NCBI RefSeq assembly: GCF_009914755.1
Contig: NC_060926.1
Length of the DNA: 64,000 nt
Strand: one strand, 5' to 3'
From: the human T2T-CHM13v2.0 reference genome, Homo sapiens
Shown: piece by piece, positions 13,266 to 28,438 of the stretch
Layout of the letters: each line of letters begins with the position of its first letter
Position numbering within the stretch: position 1 is the first letter of the stretch
Program-made: the position numbers and the translations under genes
The notes under the pieces: model-generated
Database searches by the model: none
The model's input: only the letters and a program-made list of their open reading frames with translations
What the model was told of the DNA's origin: nothing

Positions 13266-14962
13266 TTCTCTGCATGTGGTGTGTCCCTCTAAGCATCAGC
13301 TCCCCCATGTCAGTGCTCTCTATGACTGTGGGCTGGATGGGCCAGCATTCCATCACGGAGGGGCACCGAGGTGGTGGCCACTGGGGACCTGCTCCCTGTA
13401 CTCAGATCAATCCCTTCCCCACCAGGGGAGCTGGAATTGGCCACCGGGAAGTCTTTTCATGGGAGAGCACATGGGGCCACTGCTTTCAAACAGGGTCTGG
13501 TCGTTTCTGCTGCTGGATCTGCTGCAGGGCAGTCAGGTGTCTGTGCCGGAGGAGGCTGGAATCCAGGCAGCCTGAGCTTGCCTCCCTCTCTTCCCAGCCT
13601 GTGTGGAGGCCTTGGGCCACTACTCACTGTCCGGGCTGCCGTTTCCTCAGTACCAGCCCACATCCCTTTGCTGTGGGCGTGCTCCAGTATCCTGTCGTCC
13701 AGGTGTACCACAGGACAGCAGCAGAACTTAGGGGTGGGAAGATTCGGGAGGGAAGGAGGAAACTGATTTTGGATACAGAATGTGCAAATGATGGGTGAAC
13801 ATGACTATCTATTTGAAATTGTGACATTTGTGTGTGTGTATGTCCAGGGCTGCCGTTGGTATTTTTGGTCTGGGATAGGTGAGGGAGAGGAGGCCCAGAA
13901 GGGGTCGGCTGCGACATGCAGCCCCAACAGGAACTGCCATTTGCCTTTCCTGCAGCCCCCACCGCCTCACTGGTTGGCAGGAGCTGCTCGGCCCTCTGAC
14001 AGTGTTTTGAGTTTATTCTCTTCTCCCCGTGTGAGGTATAAACAGAACTGTGTCAGTTCTTTGGAAGCCAACCTTCCGCATTCTTTGCCTGCCAGAGCTT
14101 AAGAGTCAGGGACATGGGACACTGGCCGCCGGCCACTGACCTCAGATTCTCAAATCCCATGGTCTGGCAGAGCTGCTGTAGATTCCAACGCATGTGAAAC
14201 TTCTTGGTAAATATGTTGCATCTGAGCTGGTGGCGGGTGGGGTGCCCAAAGCAGGGTGCCATCCGAGAAAGCCCCAGATGCAGCATGGTGGTCAGCAAGT
14301 GTCTGCACATCTTGAGTGGGCAGGGGGAGGAGGGGACCTCTTTCCACTTGGGAGGTCTGCTTGTCCGCCCAGCGCACAGTGACCATGTTCAGGCAGCAAG
14401 AGCACCTGCAGACATGTATGAAGTCAGGACCTCTGGTTTCTTCCTTTTTCCTTCCCCATTCTTGGGATTCCCCAGATTCCAGGAGGAGGATCTACAGAGA
14501 GTCCTGGGGTCCTGCCTCTACTGATGCTGGCTGTGCCCCTGCTGTAGCTGTGGCATTTGCAGATTCATAAAGGACCTCACACAGAGCTGTGTGCCAGAGG
14601 CTGCTCCGGGCGCAACTGAAGGAGAGACTTTCCTTCTTCAGCACCCACCTCCCTGGCTGCCAGATGCAGGCACGGGCAGCTCCACACCTAAACCAATGCT
14701 CCTTTGTAAAGACAAGAGGCACACCCAGCGTCATCGGATAGGCATTCCCACCAATCGCTGCTTTGCCTTTCCAACTGGATCTCTTATAGGCCATCACCTA
14801 AAACCTACACTTTACTGCGAGCAAACTTCATCAGATGTCCTTTTCTTGTGTACGTTAAACCCAGTGCCACTGTGCCCAGTCTACACACGGGAGCCTTACA
14901 CTCCCAGAGAGTATTAGTAGCCCCTTAAAAATAAATGACTGAGCTTTAAAGAACAAGGGTAC

Positions 14963-15085
14963 CTGATAGTCCAAACGTGGCTGGAGATTTCACCTGCCAT
15001 TCCATCTCATCCTTATTGATCTCAAACACCACGTTGGCATCCTGGAAGAACTGGTCCATGAGGGGCTTCAGATGGTCGAGGTCCC
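14963..15085 (-). CDS. ASB18: ASB18 coding exon 2 ([10 protein letters not shown]...ATFGLS+G), 123 nt, phase 1-1
   Basis: Acceptor CGCAG|GG at 15086/15085, donor TCAG|GTACC at 14963/14962; frame continuous with exons 1 and 3. Confidence 0.93.
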
Positions 15086-15203
15086 CTGCGACCAGGGCAG
15101 TGTGGTACTCCTGCACCGGGGACCCTGCTCTAGCTTGAGGATCCTTCTCTGTCTTTTGAAATATTTGAAGTTTTCCTCTCACTGGCCCTGGCTGTCTCTC
15201 CAT
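14963..15203 (-). CDS. ASB18: Putative alternative first coding exon of ASB18 ([10 protein letters not shown]...[13 protein letters not shown]...), 5' extension of exon 2
   Basis: ORF 14946-15290 is open in the exon 2 frame upstream of the acceptor; in-frame ATGs at 15290 and 15203; TATAAATA at 15328-15321. Confidence 0.7.
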
Positions 15204-15294
15204 TGAGATGCCGTCGATTTCAGAAGAGTTCTTCAGGAACGGGAAAGATGGTCTTATGGAGTGTGAGCTATTTCTATTGTCATTACTCAATTGT

Positions 15295-15335
15295 CATCCA
15301 GTTGGGGCTCGATGGTGGTATATTTATAACTCCTG
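15295..15335 (-). promoter_or_regulatory. Putative internal TATA promoter for the alternative first exon
   Basis: Minus-strand TATAAATA at 15328-15321 just upstream of the open frame. Confidence 0.5.
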
Positions 15336-16208
15336 TGGGCTCCGATGTGATAATGGTTACTTGATATGACCAGGGGCATGTGAGCACTGGGATGCCGCAG
15401 TACTCAGCCACCCTCTTTGTGATGATACAGATGCTAACTCTGGAGACAGACACATCTGGATAGCTCCAAAGCAGCTCTCCATGCACCGAGGGCAGACTCC
15501 CAGCACACATTTAATTGTGATGGACTCATTTATCCTGCTGTTGGGCAGATGATTCCCCAGTCTTAAATAGCATTGCATTTACCTGTTTATGTGGAGTAAG
15601 TGACTCACTTACAAAAATGACTTTGGTGACCAGAATACTTAGCAAATAAGTAATATCCTCTCAGATTTTTTTTTAAAGTACTATATTTGGAATCTGGAAA
15701 TAAAAGTCTTATGCTCAGAGGAAAGAAACAAGTATTTATGAAGCACCCGATGTACACCAGTTGCTTTTTAAGTATTACCATATTTATTTCTTTACTCCCA
15801 ATAACAACCACATGAAGGAAATAGCATGGCCACGGCCGCCTGGCTAGTTAGCAGCTGTGCTATGATTGGAACCCATGTGCGTCTGTCTCAAGAGTCCATC
15901 CTCTGTCCCCCACGCCACTCTGCTGGCTTCCAGTTGCATCAGGTAGGACCTACTCAGAACTGGGCCAGCACTGTCAGGAGCCACTTTCCAGAGAGGCCTC
16001 TTGGCTGCCCAGGATTTAGTCTTTCTCCAAGCGAAGGCGGTGCCAGGTAGCAGGACCTACTCTCAGGGTGATAGGGCTGAAAGGGTCTGTCTGCTGTCAC
16101 TAGTTGGCGATCTCCACTCCCAGCTCTTGTATGGTTTGGGTGCTATGAATTGTTTGTACATTTATAAATAGTTGGGAAAAATCAAAAGAAGAATAATATT
16201 TCATGATA

Positions 16209-16448
16209 CTCACTGCACCCTCCACCTCCTGGGTTCAAGTGATTCTCCTACTTCAGCCTCCTGTGTAGCTGAGATTACAGGCATGTGCATATCACCACGC
16301 CCTGCTAATTTTTTTTTAAATTATTTTTCGTAGAGATGGGCTTTCACCTTGTTGGCCAGGCTGGTCTCAAACTCTTGATCTCAAGTGATCCGCCCACCTC
16401 GGTCTCCCAAAGTGCTGGGATTGCAGACATGAGCCACTGTGTCTGGCC
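16209..16448 (-). mobile_element. Alu (tail-truncated)
   Basis: Antisense Alu ending GGCC at 16448. Confidence 0.9.
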
Positions 16449-16729
16449 AATCCCAGCACTTTGGGAGGTCGAGGTGGGAGGATTTGTTGAGTCCAGGAGT
16501 TTGAGACCAGGCAAGATAGCAAGGGTCCCCCCATCTCTACAAAAAAAAAAAAAATTAGCTGGGCATGGTGATATGCACCTGTGGTCCCAGCTATTTGGGA
16601 GGCTAAGGTGGGGAGGATCACTAGAGCTTGGGAGGTCAAGACTATAAGGAGCCATGATTGTGCCACTGTACTCCAGCCTGGGCAGTGGAGTGAGACCCTG
16701 TCTCAAAAAAAAAAAAAAAAAAAAAAAAA
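16449..16729 (+). mobile_element. Alu (J-type, 5'-clipped)
   Basis: Starts at AATCCCAGCAC; long poly-A tail. Confidence 0.9.
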
Positions 16730-17035
<306 letters not shown>

Positions 17036-17517
17036 TTACTACCTGAAATAAGTGAAGCTTGTCTTTCTCGGTTTGAAGAGTGTCTTTTAGCTTTTTTTCC
17101 CATCCATGTTCTCTGTTGCCATGACCAGTGATGAGCAGATGTGTGTTCCAAGGGTTGTGGCCACCCTGAGGATGTGTGAAGGAGGCCCCACTGGACACTG
17201 AAAATGACCAGGTTCCAGATAAGTGTCCCTGGGTGTTAGGAGGCTCCATAGGACAGATGCGGGGTTCCCAAAGACATGATCTGGGGCCCTGGTACCTGTG
17301 AGTTTCTTCCAGGGACAGAGAACTGATCCCTAAATGTGCATCCCTTGCTGAAGATGAGTAATGCCACATTTTTTTTTTCAAATGAATGATAACAGTTCTT
17401 TATTAGTAACTTATGAGTTATTTACTAAGGTTTGGTTTGGTTCAGGGCTTTATTTTATTGTCAAAAAATTAAATAAGCTCATTTTTTTCTTGTAACATAA
17501 ATAATATGCAATTCCTT

Positions 17518-17808
17518 CCTTTTTTTTGAGATAGAGTCTTGCTCTGTCACCCAGGCTGGAGTACGGTGATGTGATCTCTGCTCACTGCAACCTCTGCCTC
17601 CAGGGCTCCAGCGATTCTCTTGCCTCAGCCTCCTGAGTAGCTAGGATTACAGGTTCTTGCGACCAAACCCAGCTAATTTTTTAATTTTTAGTAGAGACAG
17701 GGTTTCACCTTGTTGGCTAGGCTGGTCTCAAACTCCTGACCTCAGGTGATCTGCCCACTTCGGCCTCCCAAGTGCTGGGATTACAGGTGTGAGCCACCGT
17801 GCCCGGCC
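17518..17808 (-). mobile_element. Alu (S-type)
   Basis: Antisense dimer. Confidence 0.93.
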
Positions 17809-19753
17809 TGTTTTTCTTTCTTTCTTTCAACCATTCTTGTTTTTCCCCACCAGGAAGTTGGAATGGGCCAATGATGGTGAGCTACAGAATTCTTTGGCCT
17901 GTGCACATGAGTTACGATACAAACTATATGAGCAGAGGCTGGAGGGAGGTGAAAGGGTCAGGAGGGCTTTGCCTGGATGAGCAGAGAGAAGAGCAGTGCA
18001 GTATGGGCCCAGGAGGGCTAAGCAGACCCTCGCCCAGGGAGGCGGGCATAGCATAAGCCCCCATTTGCTCACAGCCAGTGTTAGACCTGGGGACCCATGG
18101 GATCCCATCCCCACATGGTGTTGCAACCAGGAAGCAACAGCAGAGAATCAACAGGAAAACAGATGTGAAATCAAGGAATAGAGCTCACTGGGCTGTGCAT
18201 CCTTGGTCACAGTCGAGCTTCCTAAGCCTCCTTTTATGCCAGTTTCTTCTCTCTCAGTCTTCTCTGCACACAAAGGCTGCCTTGTGACTCCCCCTACCCC
18301 TCGTCAAGTGCCCCCCGACCTCTGAGTGCCCAACCAGAGCAGGCTTTCTGTGTGGGCTCTTTATTTGGAAGAGTAACCTGGCTTTTGGGTTGCCCCTTTC
18401 ACCAAGATCTTCTATAACTAAGGAGTGCTCAGCAAAGGGAGACCTTTGATTTTCCTTACAAGAGATTGCAGCAAAGGGTGGAGTAGAAATCGAACACATT
18501 TATGGTTTGATATAGATGTGTTTTGACCCTTGTTGTAGAACCCTTGTTCTGACCCCTGTTACAGGCATGAGTTTATGTGCACAGACTGACCCAAGGCCTG
18601 GAGGTTCACCCAAATGATAAAACCCACCTCTCTTCTACAGAGGAGGGCTGCAGTGGTGCTGGGTGGGGAGGGATGAGGCCACGTTTGGCAGTCTATGATG
18701 CAGGGGGATAAGGGACAGAGGCTGTGCTGTGAAAGCTGAGGGGCTCACATGGGTGAGAGTCAACCTCAGCTGGGTGTGGGGGGAGACTTGGCCATGACCC
18801 AAATTGGTTGCCACGGGGGCCGTAGGTTTATTTTTTACCATGTTTATCTGACCTCTGGGCAAAGGCTCAGCTCTGGGGCTGCAGAAGGGCCCATTGGGCT
18901 TAGCTCTTGTGGGGTCAGGGCTAGCTGCCCTTGGGGGCTGCTGCTCCCTGGACACCCACTGCTAGTGACTCTGTGTCAGGTGTATCCCTGCAGGTTGATA
19001 CCCTTGATGTCATTTGCAGGTGAGGAAACTGGGACTCACAGATTCAGTTACCTTTCTCAAGATTTCTGAATCCTGACATAGCCAGTGCCCAAGCACCTTC
19101 CCGTGAGTAAAAGGGCTTCCTACCTTGCCCTCACCGTTGTCCCTGGAGCATGCCACACCTTAGTATAGGGGTCTGCAGTCCCCAGATAGTGCCTTCGTCT
19201 CTCCAGGTGTCTGTGCAGGCTGTTCCTTCTGCCTGCAGTCCTTATTTTCCCTCCTTGCCTGGCCAGCCTCGCTCATCCTCCAACACAGCTTAGCCTCCCT
19301 TGACCTCCAAGACCAGTCCTGATGTCTGTCCTTGCACTCTGACTGTGGCACTGGGCGCTCTACTATTACTGCTGGTTCCTTGTCTGTGTCCCACTTCACC
19401 ATGAGCTTTTTTGGAGGACGGTGGGGGCTGCTGCTTCCTCTCTGGGAAGTTCTTCATGCCCTGCATGGTGTTCCACACAGAGAAGGTCTTCAATGCCAAC
19501 AGTGAAGAGAACGAATGGACTGGACTCTTTGAAACTTGCTCAACATTAAAGCTCCTCAGTGGTTCTTGCTCTTATTCTTGGCCATCTGTTGCCTTTCACC
19601 CTTAGGGAAGAACACCATAACGTGGACGCTCGGCTGGCCTAGGGCAGGTCTCAGGTGCTCAGCGTGGGGACCTACCTCAGATCTGTGGGCTTTACTGCAC
19701 AGCCCACCTTCCCCCACATGTAGAGATCCTTACCAGGTTTTGTAAGAAGACCT

Positions 19754-20089
<336 letters not shown>

Positions 20090-21419
20090 TTAAAACTTTG
20101 TTTCACATGTTTTTAAAGTTCATCTCCCTTATCCACATCATCAGTAGCAAAAGCAGCATCAATGTCATCAATTGGAACAGCAGAGATTTTTTTTTTCAAA
20201 GAGCCCACTGTGTGCCTAGGACCCTGCTGGTGCATTGGAAAATGCATCAGTAAAGAAGAAATAGACCATGTTTGTAAGGAACTTAGAGCCTTCATCAGAG
20301 ATCAAATGCATTTGCATGCATAAAATGACCAATAGTAACACAGTGGAGACCACTTCCCTTCTCAAATGTCCACCAGAACAACATGATGGGCTTCAGTCTC
20401 ATCTCCTTCCCCCTTCATTTATGTATTCTGTAGTTGCACTATTCATTTTCCCACCAATATGAAGCTCTTTGGGTCTTTCTCTAAGCATAGCCATTTTGCC
20501 ATTTTATTTTTTCTCAGACTAATTGTTTGTGATTGGATAAATTTCTGCAGGACTTACTCATGCACAGCTATAATCTGATGCAACTGTGTTTCACTTTAAC
20601 GAATTTCCTGATGCCTGATATAGCTTGTTGTTGGTTATTTTTAAAAGGGATAGGACACTAGAGGTAAGTCCAGGGATAAAAGCCATTCCACACTGCACCA
20701 GACGCTAAATTTAGCTTTCCAGTATTATTTGTCAACAGCTTCCTAAGTATCCAAGTTTGATTTCAGTAGGCAAGGTGTAGTAGTCAAGAAACAGACTCTT
20801 TTTTTTTTTTTTTTGGTGACAGCGTTAAAAATAGCTCATGGTAGATAGCATTAGTTCATAAGTAAGACATGCAGATTACTTCATAAGCATGGCAGAGAGC
20901 TGTCTTTTTTTTTCTTTTAAAGAACAAGAATAGCCACATGTTGATGATTACATTAAAACAAACAAACAAACCTGAAAACCAACTCATTCATTCATTCATT
21001 CATTCATTCAATAAGCATTTATGTAATCTTTATTATGTTTTAGGGTGAATCTTAAGGCTTGAGGGTTTGGAGGCAAAAAACCTAACAATACCCCTGCCTG
21101 CAAGGATCAAACATGAGAAAGCAAGGAGCGGAGGACTCCAGAAGACAGAAGTTCTTTAGGTTTCTTTCCCAGCAGCTGAATGATGCCCTGTAGTTACATG
21201 AATAACACTGTTTTCTGACCCAGTGCTCTTGACTGTGCTCTTTGTTGCCTGCTGCCTTCACATTTATCTATAGCTTGCTTGGGTCAAGTCATTTTAATCT
21301 CATTATTTTCTTGGTCCTCACCCTTCTCAGCTTAGTCAAAGCCAATACATAGCCTCAAGATACAATTCAGGTTTTATCTTCTCTGCCAACTTTAGTACGT
21401 ATCCAATGCAACTTCTTTC

Positions 21420-21740
21420 AAGAGTGAATTTGTGTATGAAGTTGCTGAACAATTGTCAAAGTCTTTGAGGAATTGTGATAAAACAAAAGAAGGACCAGAA
21501 GACTAGAGGTTTAGTTTTCAAATGGAAAGAGACTTCGGACAGACTCGTGATCTTGACATTAGACCTGGGCAAGATCCCTACATGGATTATGAAAAAGATT
21601 GTTTGGGAGTATTTAGAAAACAGAGTGGAGTCACCTGGAGCTCCAGGAGTCACTAGGAACACGTCAGGGTGGACTAGAATTTTCTTTTGTGACAGGGTTA
21701 TCATAAATATGCAGATGGGGTGTAGGCAACAACCTGCAAT
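21420..21740 (+). mobile_element. L3/CR1 LINE reverse-transcriptase fragment
   Basis: Peptide (ORF 21475-21753) DRLVILTLDLGKIPTWIMKKIVWEYLE...GVTRNTSGWTRIFFCDRV resembles CR1 YRPVSLTSIPGKI...EHLE...GFTKNKSCQTNLISFFDRV. Confidence 0.7.
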
Positions 21741-21849
21741 GCCAGTTTCATGACAGCCTCTTGGAAAAGATGGAAACAGTGTGAGTCTTTCTTTAGGAAA
21801 CTCTGGCTAAATAATGCGAACTGGAGAAATAATACACGTGATGCCCCAA

Positions 21850-22401
<552 letters not shown>

Positions 22402-23625
22402 TTATCCCTGGACTTACCCCATTTTGTGTGATACATATCGTGATTTGAATGAATTTGTGGAAGGGTAGCTATCAGATGCGTGGCATGGAGCATGACACAG
22501 CCAAGATTCCAAAAGGTCTCCACAGGTCAGAGCAACAGGCCGATTCAATCAATGCCACCAGGCAGCATTCAAACTGCAGGCCCATAGGAATCTGTTGTCC
22601 TTGTGAATCGAATGACTGAAACAGCTATTCACTACTATGGGTTCCCCGTTTGGGGCACTAGAAGTTTCTTTCTCTTGTTTTTAAGTTAAGAGGTTGTTGG
22701 TTGTTTTGATGCATTGATATTTATACCCAAATTTAGATGGCATAAATGCAGCAAATTATTTGAAAACATTCAAAGCATGTCTGTACAGTAAGAGTAACTC
22801 GTGTCAGACAGATGTCCATTTAAGTTCCCTTTCTCATTGGGACTCTTGGCTTTGTAGAACTGAGAGTCCCTCTGAGAACTCCAGAGAGCCCCTGTGCTTT
22901 GCTTCCTGGTGTTGTCCTTGATCTCTATGTTTGCTTGCATTGTGTACCTTCTGCTCTCCTCCCACAATGGCGGCCACAATTGGCTTCTTTGATTTTTCTT
23001 GGTTGGTTGGTTTGTTTTCAAGCTAGCCCACTAACAGCATCACTTAGTGTATCTGGCAATCACACTGAGGATGTGAAGGGGTCTGTCACAGTTTGCACAG
23101 CCTTATTCCACTCTTCACTTCCATTTCTGTTTCCATTCTCTCTGGTACAGCCATGGAAATCCTCCCCCTTTTTTCTTCAGTGTTGTTCTGTGCACTGCTA
23201 GGGCCCGTGGGGTTTCAACGTCTATTCCAGGGTGTTGGTCAAGGAAATGCTTCTGAACAAATACAATGCCCTTCTTGAAAGAGAGGGATTCTGATGAATA
23301 TAATTTTCTCCAAGCCAGTACATTTAGTATTTTTAGTTTTTCAAATGGTGTACTTATTTGACAGAGGAAGCTCATTTGTGTGGGTGGACCGTGGCAGAAT
23401 ACTAAACAAATGTAATTGCTGTGGTCTTTTGCTGCAGACCATGAAGTGAATTTAGGAAAAGGAAGGCAAGAATCCAAGCAGGAGAGGAGGCCCGGCTTGT
23501 GTCTGGCTAACTGAGTGAATAGACTGAATTTCTCTAATACTAGCCAGGTAGTCAACTGGATTAAAATATACTTTTGCAAAGAATATTTTGGAGACTTAAA
23601 TAATAAGCATGATGTTTTGTCTGCA

Positions 23626-23707
23626 GGAGACACAAACATGAGTTCTTTATAATTGAGTCCTATAGTGGAGACACAAACATGAGTTCTTTATAATTGAGTC
23701 CTATAGT
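23626..23707. repeat. Perfect 41-bp tandem duplication
   Basis: GGAGACACAAACATGAGTTCTTTATAATTGAGTCCTATAGT twice. Confidence 0.95.
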
Positions 23708-25614
23708 GTAGGTAGCTAATGAGAGGGAGTTTTTGCCTCTGGATCAAATGAGATGAAAAGGGTAAAATCCACCTTGAAATTATAATGGGGTATCCACATG
23801 GTAGTGTTTGAATGGTAACTATTATTTTCATGTGACATTGGGATCTTTTCTTCTTGCCATTGAGTTGACTAGTGATTTTCTTTTCCCCAGAAGCCTCCAA
23901 GGATTAATCCAGCTGAGGCTGAAACCTGGAGCTGGTGGGCTTTGTGGCAGGGCCAGGCTTATTCTCCATGGCCACAACTTTCCATGCCTTCAAGCCAAGA
24001 GGTAGAATTTTTGAGGCTGCAGGACACCCTGCCATTTTCTCTTGTTCTTGGGGAATGGCAAATGTTCAGATTCTTTCCTAGGTCATTGGCAAATGTCTGG
24101 CTTCCTTCTGGAAGTGTCCAAGTGGACAGACAGGGGCAGGAAGTCATTACTCTTGTGGACATTGTGAAATTCCGTGCATTCTTTCTTAAATATGCCAGCG
24201 CACGTTGTTGACCTGGTCAATTTCCTTCACCCCTTTTTTTACCTGGAGGGTTTCTGTAAATGGCCATGTACTAAGTCTGACTGGACTCTAGGATAATAAC
24301 ATCACTACCAACTGGTGCAGCAGCCCCAGGCCTTCCAGTGGAGTTACTTTCACACCCTCTTCTGGTCTTTATTCTTCCTGTTTTAATGTCTAAAGCCACC
24401 TTTCCTTCACCCCACTTCCTGCAGAATTAAAAAAATATATTTTAAAAGTAAGAAGCTGGGCAGGTATATAAAGTTCTGCTTTTAAGAGTTCCAGGACACA
24501 TCCATCCACCAGAGTTAGTCACATAGACATTAATATCAAAAATGTTAAAGTATCTCAACCTCCTCTCTGAATAACAATGTTAGCACAGCACACCTCATTT
24601 AACAAAACATTAAAACATTTTACTTCCTCAGATCAAGTGCATCTATTAATAATGACTTAAATTGTCTGTGCTGATTTCACATTATTAAGAAATCTCATTT
24701 CCATCATGTGGAGGAACACAATAAGGGAGGAAACCACCTCACTAACTTATTTTCCCGTCACTGCTACCAAGCCCAGTGCAGATAATGCAGAACAACAGTC
24801 ACTTCTCATTATTAATGTGATCTTATCCAAAGGTCAAGTGCCGCTTTCATTGGCAGCCCAGGAGGGCTTTTTTGGAAGCTCAGAAACAAAGATGCCCTTG
24901 AACACCGTGTATCCGCTGTGGATGAGTGCAAAACACAGCGGCCCAATCCTCAGCGTGCACAACCACGAGTAAATAGCCCTGGAAGGACATTTATAGACTC
25001 TGGGGACGTTGCTGGAAAGCGTATCATTGAAGCTCTCCCTGATAAAGGTGACGAAGTTTCTTTACAACTGGCGTGGGGATTTAATTACATGATAAAATTG
25101 CAGCTCCTGCCTCTTGAGACAAATTGCGTGTTCAGACTGATTGTTTTTTATGAATCTCACACAGGGAGCAAAATACTTCTCTCTTGAAGTTGGTTTGCTT
25201 TGATTGTTCTGCCCTGTGATCCTTTATATCCCTTCTAGAAACGAGAAGTTTACCTATCCTGAAGTTGAGAAGGGTGGTCTAGGAGACAATTTGGTCAACA
25301 CTGCATCCAGCAAAGTGAGGCCAGTTTTGTCTGATGGAGTTAAATTCCAGAATTAGAACTTTAAACTTCCAACGGAAAAACAGGAAAAAAAATGATAAGA
25401 ACTGTAAGTGACTGCTGAAACACTGGACTGCTAATCACGTTCAATTTTACTAACCTAAAATACAAGTGAAAAATGACAAGAGATCTTTTTGCCTATTGTG
25501 AAAGATTTTTTAAAAGTCAAGTTTTTGAAGAGTTCAGTGACACTAATCCTCTCCCAGTTTGCAGGTGGGAGGGTAAATTGCTGTTCAGTTTGGAAATGTT
25601 CTATACTGAGTTTA

Positions 25615-26037
<423 letters not shown>

Positions 26038-27037
26038 CTAGCGGTGGAATCAGATCACTGCTATATGGAGGTACAGGTGTTAAGATGGGGATGCCTCAAA
26101 TAAGGAATCAGAGTGATGGGGTAGGGATAGGGCCAGCTTCCCCCTAATATGGCATCTGAGCAAAGTGACAGGGAGGTGTAGGACACGGAAGGTGCATTTC
26201 CTCCCCAGGATGTCTGTTTTCTCCTCTTGATCTATTGTTGCGGGGAGCTATACCCTATGTTCTGGCCTGAGCAAGAGGCAGGTGTCACTAGCCACCATGC
26301 TATGGCGCATGGGACACAGGTGCAGTCAGGAAGGCAGCCAGCCCTTTGATGATGTGGAGGGGTCAGGCAGAGGGGCACCTGAGCAGGAAATGAAGCCGCC
26401 ACAGACAGCAGACCTGTGATTCAGGGCTGAGAGGAGAGGAGGGGCCTAGATCCTTTGGTGGACACAGAGATGAACCACCCAGGCCCCAGCTGTAGGGAGG
26501 ACTTGTCACCCCAGCTGTCAGCTCCTCCATGGTTTGCCTCAGCTGCAGAGCTGCATCACCTAAGAACACTCCTCCCAACGTGGCCAGATCCAGTGATGGA
26601 TCCAGGTGCAGCTAGAGCTGTCCTGCCATTTTGGCCCCATGCAGGGAAAACTGTGACAGGTCATCTCTGTTCCAGAGCTGCCCCTGGGGTCAGCCAAGGC
26701 ATGGTTAGGTGGCGTCAAGGATCCCCACCGCCCTCGCCAGCCTGGCTTTCTAGATGTTGATCCTAGGAAGTTTCCTGCCAAACTCCAGTCAGCACCCAAC
26801 GCTGACCCCTGAGCTCACGAGCCACTGGGAGGATGGTGGGTGTGTTCCTGGCACACAAGAGGACAGGAAGCAGCAGAAGAGGCAGATGTGCAAACGCCAG
26901 GAAGGGACTGCGGACTGAGGTGTTGTGGAGATGTGGCTTGGACCAGAGTTTCTCAAGCACCCGAGGTGAGGGACCAGGGATTTTCTTTTCTGAGTCTAAT
27001 TTTTTGCAGTTTGATTCTCATTCAAGGGGCTCAGTCT

Positions 27038-27345
27038 TTATTTTTGTTTTTATTTTTTTAAGGACAGCGTCTCACTCTGTTGCCTAGGCTAGAGTACAGT
27101 GGCACAGTCATAGCTCACTGTAACCTGAACTCCTGGGCGCAAGCGATCCTTCCACCTCAGTCTCCTGAGTCGCTGGGACTACAGCCACTTGCTGGTTAAC
27201 TTATTATTATTATTATTATTATTGTGGTGGGAGATGGGGTCTCACTGTGTTGCCCAGGCTGGTCTCTAACTCCTGGCCTCAAGTGATCTTCCCACCTCAG
27301 CCTCCCAAAGTGCTGGGATTACAGGTCTGAGCTACTTCACCTGGT
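27038..27345 (-). mobile_element. Alu (J-type)
   Basis: Antisense dimer with (TTA)n middle region. Confidence 0.9.
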
Positions 27346-27669
27346 CTGATTCTCTTTCAAAATACAATGAAATTAGTTACCGGCAAAAATAAAACCGAAA
27401 AACGACAGGTAATTACAAGTCTGCAAATCACACACATGGATGTTAGGTTAAAATTGCTGTAAACATGTCTAAATACTTACTGTCAATTTCGGTCAAACAC
27501 TTCCCAGAGTGACTCCCACCTCCTACCACATTCAGAGTAGCCCCTGTGACTGTTCAGCCTCTGGGTGGGTGCAGGGATGCCGGGAGAGAATGGCAGGGAT
27601 GCCAGAGTTAGCTCAGGGTACATCTTTAGGCCTTTGGATGCCTGTTATAAAATTTAAACTGTGTTTTGG

Positions 27670-27880
27670 TGACAGGAGTCACCAAACTTTTTCCATAAAG
27701 TGCCAGACAGTAAATATTTTACATTTTGCAGGTCATATGGTCTCTGTGGCAACTGCCCAATTCTGCCACGCTCACATGAAAGCAGCCATAAAGAATATGT
27801 AAATGAAGGAGGTGGCTGAGTTCCAATAAAACTTTATTCATAAAAACAGGAAGCCAGCCCACAGGACATAGTGTGCCAGC
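27670..27880. mobile_element. MER58A-like hAT DNA transposon
   Basis: 'aaactttttccataaagtgccagacagtaaatatttt...ccaataaaactttatt'. Confidence 0.75.
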
Positions 27881-28438
27881 TTGCTGTAGGCAGTACAGAA
27901 CATGGCAGCTTTGTGGGAAGAAGTGTTACATGAGCATCTCCATATATCGAACTGATTGCACCCTTCTCTCTGCACACGTTTCACCCCTTCACTCCCATGG
28001 AATCTGCTCTCTATTCTCAGAGTAAACCTGACTCAACAACAGGAATTGAGCACCCAGGCATGCGAGCCCACACAGCTGACTCCCTTCTATCAACTCTGCC
28101 CTTCTTCTGGTTGGCTGAACTTCTTGAATCTATAAAGTTACATTTTTTACCACTAAATTTGGGAAACGTTTGATAGTTATTTCTTTAATCATATTTTTCC
28201 ACCCTGTTATTATTCTTCTCTTCTCTTTCTTGCATTTAGTTGTGTATGTTAAACCTTTTATTTTGTCCCACAGATCCTGTTCATTTAATTTCCCATCATT
28301 TTACTTTCTCTTCTTCAAATCAAATATTTTTCTATTGATGTTTTCAAATTTGCCGGCTCTGTCTTCTGTCCTCTTCCATCTGCTGTTAAGCCCATCGTTG
28401 ATGGGAACAAGACCAGCCCTAGCTTCAAGGGAAGTGGG

